DNA of 64,000 nucleotides, taken from Macrostomum lignano (lineage: Eukaryota). Position numbers and translations under genes: made by a program. Below are positions 56,385 to 64,000 of this stretch, piece after piece. Numbering within the stretch: the first letter of the stretch is position 1; each line of letters begins with the position of its first letter. The notes below the pieces were generated by a model that made no database searches, was not told the DNA's origin, and was given only the letters and a program-made list of their open reading frames with translations. The stretch lies in contig NIVC01000598.1 of the NCBI GenBank assembly GCA_002269645.1, positions 798,007 through 862,006 on the forward strand. Reading direction: 5' to 3'.

Positions 56385-58765
56385 AAATACTGAGGTGCCA
56401 GTGATCAATGGGGGGAATGCTGAGGTGCCAATGATCAATGGGGAATGCTGAGGTGCCAGTGATCAATGGGGAATGCTGAGGTGCCAATGATCAATGGGGA
56501 ATGCTGAGGTGCCAGTGATCAATGGGGAATGCTGAGGTGCCAGTGGTCAATGGGGAATGCTGAGGTGCCAATGATCAATGGGGAATGCTGAGGTGCCAGT
56601 GGTCAATGGGGAATGCTGAGGTGCCAGTGATCAATGGGGAATGCTGAGGTGCCAGTGATTAATGGGGAATGCTGAGGTGCCAATGATCAAGAGGGAATTC
56701 TGAGGTGCCAGTGATCAATGGGGGGAATGCTGAGGTGCCAATGATACATGGGGGGAATGCTGAGGTGCCAATGATCAATGGGGAATACTGAGGTGCCAAT
56801 GATACATGGGGGAATGCTGAGGTGCCAATAATACATGGGGGAATGCTGAGGTGCCAATGATCAATGGGGAATGCTGAGGTGCCAATGATACATGGGGGAA
56901 TTCAGAGGTGCCAATGATCAATGGGGGGAATACTGAGGTGCCAATGATACATGGGGGAATGCTGAGGTGCCAATGATACATGGGGGAATGCTGAGGTGCC
57001 AATGATACATGGGGGGAATGCTGAGGTGCCAATGATCAAGAGGGAATGCTGAGGTGCCAATGATCAAGAGGGAATTCTGAGGTGCCAATTATCAATGGGG
57101 AATGCTGAGGTGCCAATGATCAAGAGGGAATACTGAGGTGCCAATGATCAATGGGGAATGCTGAGGTGCCAGTGATCAATGGGGAATGCTGAGGTGCCAA
57201 TGATCAAGAGGGAATTCTGAGGTGCCAATGATACATGGATGGGGGAATGCTGAGGTGCCAATGATCAAGAGGGAATGCTGAGGTGCCAATGATCAAGAGG
57301 GAATTCTGAGGTGCCAATTATCAATGGGGAATGCTGAGGTGCCAATGATCAAGAGGGAATACTGAGGTGCCAATGATCAATGGGGAATGCTGAGGTGCCA
57401 GTGATCAATGGGGAATGCTGAGGTGCCAATGATCAAGAGGGAATTCTGAGGTGCCAATGATACATGGATGGGGGAATGCTGAGGTGCCAATGATCAAGAG
57501 GGAATGCTGAGGTGCCAATGATCAAGAGGGAATTCTGAGGTGCCAATGATCAATGGGGAATGCTGAGGTGCCAATGATACATGGGGGAATTCAGAGGTGC
57601 CAATGATCAATGGGGGGAATACTGAGGTGCCAATGATCAATGGGGGGGAATGCTGAGGTGCCAATGACACATGGGGGAATGCTGAGGTGCCAATGATACA
57701 TGGGGGAATGCTGAGGTGCCAATGATACATGGGGGGAATGCTGAGGTGCCAATAATACATGGCGGAATGCTGAGGTGCCAATGATCAATGGGGAATGCTG
57801 AGGTGCCAATGATACATGGGGGAATTCAGAGGTGCCAATGATCAATGGGGGGAATACTGAGGTGCTAATGATCAATGGGGGGAATGCTGAGGTGCCAATG
57901 ATACATGGGGGAATGCTGAAGTGCCAATGATACATGGGGGAATGCTGAGGTGCCAATGATACATGGGGGGAATGCTGAGGTGCCAATGATCAAGAGGGAA
58001 TGCTGAGGTGCCAATGATCAAGAGGGAATTCTGAGGTGCCAATTATCAATGGGGAATGCTGAGGTGCCAATGATCAAGAGGGAATACTGAGGTGCCAATG
58101 ATCAATGGGGAATGCTGAGGTGCCAATTATCAATGGGGAATGCTGAGGTGCCAATGATCAAGAGGGAATACTGAGGTGCCAATGATCAATGGGGAATGCT
58201 GAGGTGCCAGTGATCAATGGGGAATGCTGAGGTGCCAATGATCAAGAGGGAATTCTGAGGTGCCAATGATACATGGATGGGGGAATGCTGAGGTGCCAAT
58301 GATCAAGAGGGAATGCTGAGGTGCCAATGATCAAGAGGGAATTCTGAGGTGCCAATGATCAATGGGGAATGCTGAGGTGCCAATGATACATGGGGGAATT
58401 CAGAGGTGCCAATGATCAATGGGGGGGAATGCTGAGGTGCCAATGATACATGGGGGAATGCTGAGGTGCCAATGATACATGGGGGAATGCTGAGGTGCCA
58501 ATGATACATGGGGGAATGCTGAGGTGCCAATGATCAATGAGGGGAATGCTGAGGTGCCAATGATCAATGGGGGAATGCTGAGGTGCCAATGATCAATGGG
58601 GGAATGCTGAGGTGCCAATAATACATGGGGGAATGCTGAGGTGCCAATGATCAATGGGGGGAATACTGAGGTGCCAATGATCAATGGGGAATGCTGAGGT
58701 GCCAGTGATCAATGGGGGGAATGCTGAGGTGCCAATGATCAAGAGGGAATTGCTGAGGTGCCAAG
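56385..58765. repeat. ~28-30-bp minisatellite (2.4 kb)
   Basis: TGCTGAGGTGCCAATGATCAATGGGGAA with variable G-run and TACAT/CAAGAG variants. Confidence 0.95.
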
Positions 58766-59299
58766 ACTCAATTTCAAGCTTCATCTCAGCTTAATTGTTC
58801 CGATATACTTATTTGATGGCCTTAATAGCCGTTTCTGCCAAGATAAGCAATAAAAATCTGCTGAAACTAACAAATACTCGTACATTTCGCCCTTGTTCCC
58901 CTTGCAACCTACCATGCTACTTGCAGTAGCTAATCCAGCTCAATCAAATATTTTTAATGCTATCATTCAGTTGATTAATTCGTCAATAACGACTTTGAGT
59001 AAGTGTGTACGCTTGTAGCAGTCCATTGTTGACATGGCTCAATTAACATGTAGTTGCATGTTTTTAATCTTTATTTAGTAGGGATTGCTCATACACACCG
59101 AAAACTTGATCTAGTCAATGGTTTTCGGCTTATTGATTAGAATCATTTGGAAACTAACAATTTTTTTAGGAAAATAAAGATTGAATAGAGACTAACAATG
59201 TGCGCATGAGAGAGAAATGAGAAATAAGATGGGAAAGTTGAAATAGGAAAGATACATTTAGGAGAAGAGATGAGAGAATTTACATATGAGACATGAAAA

Positions 59300-59820
59300 A
59301 GACTAGAAGAGAGAGGAAAGAGGAGAGAAGAGAGACGAGAGAAAAGAGAGGAGATAAGAGAGAAAAGAGAGGAGATAAGAGAGAAAAGACGAGAGATAGA
59401 TGAGAGGAGAGGGGAGAGAAAAAGAGGGGGAGAGGAGAGAGCATAAGGGAGAGAGGAGAGAGGAGAGAGAAGAGAGGAGAGAAAACAGGGGAGAGAGGAG
59501 AGAAAACAGGGGAGGGAGGAGAGGGGAGAGAAAAGATAGGAGAGAAAACGGGGGTGAGAGGAGAGAGGAGATAAAAGAGAGGAGAGAAAACGGGGGAGAG
59601 AGGAGAGAGGAGAGAAAAGAGAGGAGAGAAAACGGGGTGAGAGGAGAGAAAACAGGGGAGAGAGGAGAGAGGAGATAAAAGAGAGGAGAGAAAACGGGGG
59701 AGAGAGGAGAGAGGAGAGAAAAGAGAGGAGAGAAAACGGGGGTGAGAGGAGAGAGGAGAGAAAAGAGGAGAGATAGATGAGAGGAGAGAGGAGAGAAAAG
59801 AGAAGAGTGGGGAGAGAGGA
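59300..59820. repeat. GA-rich polypurine tract
   Basis: Direct observation. Confidence 0.88.
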
Positions 59821-60559
59821 GGTGGAGGTTGCGAGTTGGTATTGATGTGGATGTTGGCCTGACTAAAAAGAAGAGGATTCGGGAAGAGCTGATTCGGTCA
59901 GGAGTTCCTGTTCCATGTGGTGACAAAAGAAGCAGAGGGCAGGGAAGAGACGCTAAGCACTCTGGGCAGGGCTGCCAGAGAGTCAATAAAGCGGAATGCC
60001 ACCCCAGGTTGCAACACCGGTTAGGACGAAAGGCACAGATGACTCGCGCTGAAGGTGCGCCGTTCGCCTCTCAGATGGGGAAAGTGGATGGGTAAGGGAG
60101 GGAGGCTGCAGAGGATGCGGGCCCTGCTGCCGCTGTTAACCGCAGAAATGAGAAACAAATAGATGAAGCCTCCAGCATCTGTTGGTTGCCGGGGGCGGAT
60201 TCAGCGTGGGAACTGGCTGGCTGGCTGGCTGGGAAGCCAGTTGAGAAATAGAAAGGCTAGAGAGGATGGGGGATAGCAATGCAGATGGAATATTTACTGA
60301 GGCTTGCAGACCGCTTCAAGCCTTCTTGGCTCCAGAGGATCTGGGCGAGTTTTCGCACGCGTTGAGTTTACTGTCACTTTGTTGAGTGAAAGGTGGCAAA
60401 GACAAAGGATAATAGGTGAGAGCGGAGAGAGAAAACAAGAGCATGGTGAGATGGAAAGTAGATGGTGAGAAGAGAGGGTAGTATGAGAAACTGAGATAAG
60501 AAGCTGAGGTGAGACAGTGAGATGAGGGAGCACGAGATGAAAGAATAATATAAAAAAGA

Positions 60560-61170
60560 GTGAGATGAGAGGGTGTGATGAAAGAGTGAGATGAGAGGAT
60601 GAGATGAGAGGGTGAGATGAGAGGGCGAGATTAGAGGGCGAGATGAGAGGGCGAGATTAGAGGGCGAGATGAGAGGGCGAGATGAGAGGGTGAAGTGAGA
60701 GGGTGAGATGAGAGAGAGCGAGATGAGAGGGTGAGATGAGAGGGTGAGATGAGAGGGCGAGATTAGAGGGCGAGATGAGAGGGCGAGATGAGAGGGTGAA
60801 GTGAGAGGGTGAGATGAGAGAGAGCGAGATGAGAGGGTGAGATGAGAGGGTGAGATGAGAGGGCGAGATGAGAGGGTGAGATGAGAGGGCGAGATAAGAG
60901 AACTAGATGAGAGGGTGAGATGAGAGGGTGAGATGAGAGGGTGAGATGAGAGGGTGAGATGAGAGGGCGAGATAAGAGAACTAGATGAGAGGGTGAGATG
61001 AGAGGGTGAGATAAGAGGGTGAGATGAGAGGGCGAGATAAGAGAACGAGATTAGAGGGTGAGATGAGAGGGCGAGATGAGAGGGTGAGATGAGAGGGTGA
61101 GATGAGAGGGCGAGATGAGAGGGTGAGATTAGAGGCGAGATGAGAGGGTGAGATGAGAGGGCGAGATGAG
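60560..61170. repeat. 13-bp array (GAGATGAGAGGGY)
   Basis: Direct observation. Confidence 0.92.
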
Positions 61171-62295
61171 AGAATGATGTGAGAGGGAAAAACAAGTATT
61201 GAACCAAGAGAGTACAAATAAGAGTAGTGATGGAAGGATGTGAGGAAAGAAGTTGGAAAAGTCCTGCCTGGCCATGAAAAATACGTATTGAGAGCAAGCT
61301 CCCATAGTGTTAATTAAACAGCGTGAGATCATAAAGAGAAAAAAGCATGCAGATCGGGGGTTAATACAACCTTGGCTTGCTCTGACTGCTTGCAACCTGA
61401 AATTTTGCTCACCGAATCATCGCTTTCTTTTAGCAAATAAAAGCAATTTCTCTTTGCTTCTGCGGTTTGAGACAAAAGTTCAGGCGGCTTGTGGTCAGGA
61501 GTTCGAGTTTCAGGCTTGGGATTAAAATTTGGGACTTTAGGCCGGACAGGAACTTACCAGTTTTGCCGTAGCCGCTGCTGCTGCCGCTGCTTACGGAAGC
61601 TTCTAAAACTCGTGAGGCAAACTGAAAGTTGAAATTCAGCTGGGCCGGGGAGTGGGTAAAATGATTGGGGGGCCAGCCATGGTTGCCGCAATTTATCTGC
61701 CTGACTGTAAGCCGCTGAGCTGCTCCCCACTGGCCTGGAGGGATGAGAGGGGGATTCCAATCCTTCTAAGCCATGCAGCCCCGCGACTGGGCCAGGGCTG
61801 ACCTGACGCCTCTCCACTGTCGTTCGGTTGCCGAGGGCAACCAATGTGTGTGTAGAGAGAGAGAGGAGAAGGGGCAGAAACCAAGTGCCAGGACAGGAAG
61901 GTAAGGGGAAGGAAAAAGGAAGGTAGGAGGGGAGAGAAGTAAGGAAGATTAACAGACCGTGACTGAGGGAGGGTAAGGGGATTTAATCCCATATGTAGTT
62001 TGTGTCTTGAATGCTGAACTACAGCCGTGTCTATATTGCATTTGCCCAGCTGCGCGGCGGCCAAGGTGTGTGAGATAATATTGGGGCCGAAAGTTTCTGG
62101 TTTGGTGAACAAATTCATGAATCAAATTAAGGGAGATTCAAGTCGATAATATAGACATATAGTGCGGTTTACGCTTGGTTACCGTGTGACTGTGGCTTCC
62201 GGGACAGCTGCTTTGCTGGTTGAATAGATATGTTGGCAGTTGAAATCACAGAACTTACACAGAATGCTGTTCTGTGGTTGAAATGCCAGACTAAA

Positions 62296-62752
62296 CCTTC
62301 GGGACCTTCGGGACCTTCGGGACCTTCGGGACCTTCGGGACCTTCGGGACCTTCGGGACCTTCGGGACCTTCGGACCTTCGGGACCTTCGGGACCTTCGG
62401 GACCTTCGGGACCTTCGGGACCTTCGGGACCTTCGGGACCTTCGGGACCTTCGGACCTTCGGGACCTTCGGGACCTTCGGGACCTTCGGGACCTTCGGAC
62501 CTTCGGACCTTCGGGACCTTCGGGACCTTCGGGACCTTCGGGACCTTCGGGACCTTCGGACCTTCGGGACCTTCGGGACCTTTGGGACCTTCGGGACCTT
62601 TGGGACCTTCGGGACCTTCGGGACCTTCGGACCTTCGGACCTTCGGGACCTTCGGGACCTTCGGGACCTTCGGGACCTTCGGGACCTTCGGGACCTTCGA
62701 GACCTTCGAGAACTTCGGGAATTTCGGGACCTTCGGGACCTCCGGGACCTTC
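62296..62752. repeat. 9-bp array (CCTTCGGGA) with 8-bp variants
   Basis: Direct observation. Confidence 0.95.
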
Positions 62753-63713
62753 GGTATCTACAGAAATTTTGGAACCTTCGCAGGGTCCAGTCGCAACAAA
62801 ACAACGGCCAAGGATGGGGAGCCTTAATAATAAGAAAGCGGAATTCCCCCCGCTCCCTCTGGCAAGGCTGGGCCAGACAGATTCTGCTCAACCTCATACA
62901 GTTCAAGGCGATGCGAAAATCGATGGGGTGAGAAGAATTTGTTGCCAATGGCACCCGCAAAAAGCAGAAGAAAATTTTTCGCAAGTAAGAATGAAAGAGA
63001 GGGGAAGAGAGAGAGGGGGGGAGGGTGGATGCGGAGTCCCGGCCAGACCCTGACAGTTGATGAGGAGTGAGGCTGGGTGGCAAGGCTCCCCATTATCTGA
63101 AATGGGAAAGTGGGAAATAACACACAGGGCCAGGCTGGGGTAACACGCGTCACTCAGCATTGCTGAGGCCATTGTTCCCGCTTTTAGTCTATCTAGCAAT
63201 TTAGCACTGAGAGTGAGAACTTTCCACACACTTACACACACACACACACTGCTCACCTATAGACTCCCAGTTTGGGAAGCTGGGCAGCGGGGGGTGTAGC
63301 AGCGAGGCTTCTGGGAAGCTGCCTGATTCCAGAGCTCGCTTGCCTGAGAGCTCAAGCGTTGTTAAAAGATTGTTTTGTTGAAGCAGAAAAGTTCTACCCA
63401 GATACGAGGCATTGTTGACTCGGAGAATGGCTTTCAGCTGTCGTCTTCCCCGCTCTGCAGGGACCTGCACCGGGATGCCCTCACATTTGCTGGGACACAT
63501 CCGGACCCTTCAGCCGGTCGGGTCACGAAGAGCAAACATTTGCGGCCACCAAAGATTCACGCATTCCAATCTCGCCCTGAAAAAATTTCTGCAAGGGTCT
63601 TTTGTTTCTGCACAGTCTCTGTTCACTTAGAGCTGTCTGCGAGCTTCTCAACTGACTTAAAATTTGCTGTAAGATTTAAATGATAAAAAATCACTAAAAA
63701 ACTATTCAAAATC

Positions 63714-64000
63714 ATCCACAAACCATTCACAATCCTCCACAAACCATTCACAATCCTCCACAAACCATTCACAATCCTCCACAAACCATTCACAATCCTC
63801 CACAAACCATTCACAATCCTCCACAAACCATTCACAATCCTCCACAAACCATTCACAATCCTCCACAAACCATTCACAATCCTCCACAAACCATTCACAA
63901 TCCTCCACAAACCATTCACATTCCTCCACAAACCATTCACAATCCTCCACAAACCATTCACAATTCTCACACAAACCATTCACAATCCTCCACAAACCAT
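63714..64000. repeat. 21-bp array (CACAATCCTCCACAAACCATT), runs off the window end
   Basis: Direct observation. Confidence 0.95.

Noticed and set aside
62169-63083. Collagen-like or Arg-rich ORFs (GPSGPS, RRSRRS)
   Set aside because: 9-bp array with frequent 8-bp units shifting the frame; no signal peptide or exon boundaries.

Overview
Eukaryotic (animal) genomic DNA with GT-AG introns and an extreme density of micro/minisatellite arrays; most larger introns and intergenic gaps carry their own tandem unit. This style suggests a flatworm such as Macrostomum (inference only). Manual exon reconstruction supports: (A) the 3' part of an unidentified + strand gene (360-8897) ending in a CaaX motif (CSVF); (B) a complete MAP1/Futsch-family gene on the - strand (34900-17211, 6 exons, ~2088 aa) with a large acidic coding-repeat exon; (C) a complete LIM-domain-binding protein gene (LDB/Chip; 43898-50139, 7 exons, ~546 aa); (D) a small intronless secreted prepropeptide gene on the - strand (54576-54352). 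Also present: a diverged 5S rRNA copy interrupted by 32 bp flanked by a 9-bp direct repeat, a tRNA-derived CORE-like SINE, a non-LTR retrotransposon RNase H fragment, a MITE-like foldback and about 30 tandem arrays. Best leads: inverted 10-bp arrays bracketing an in-frame MAP1 exon, the interrupted 5S gene, and the peptide whose stop is followed by an in-frame two-Cys extension. Most long ORFs in the track are repeat artefacts. No database searches were run; family calls rest on recalled motifs.
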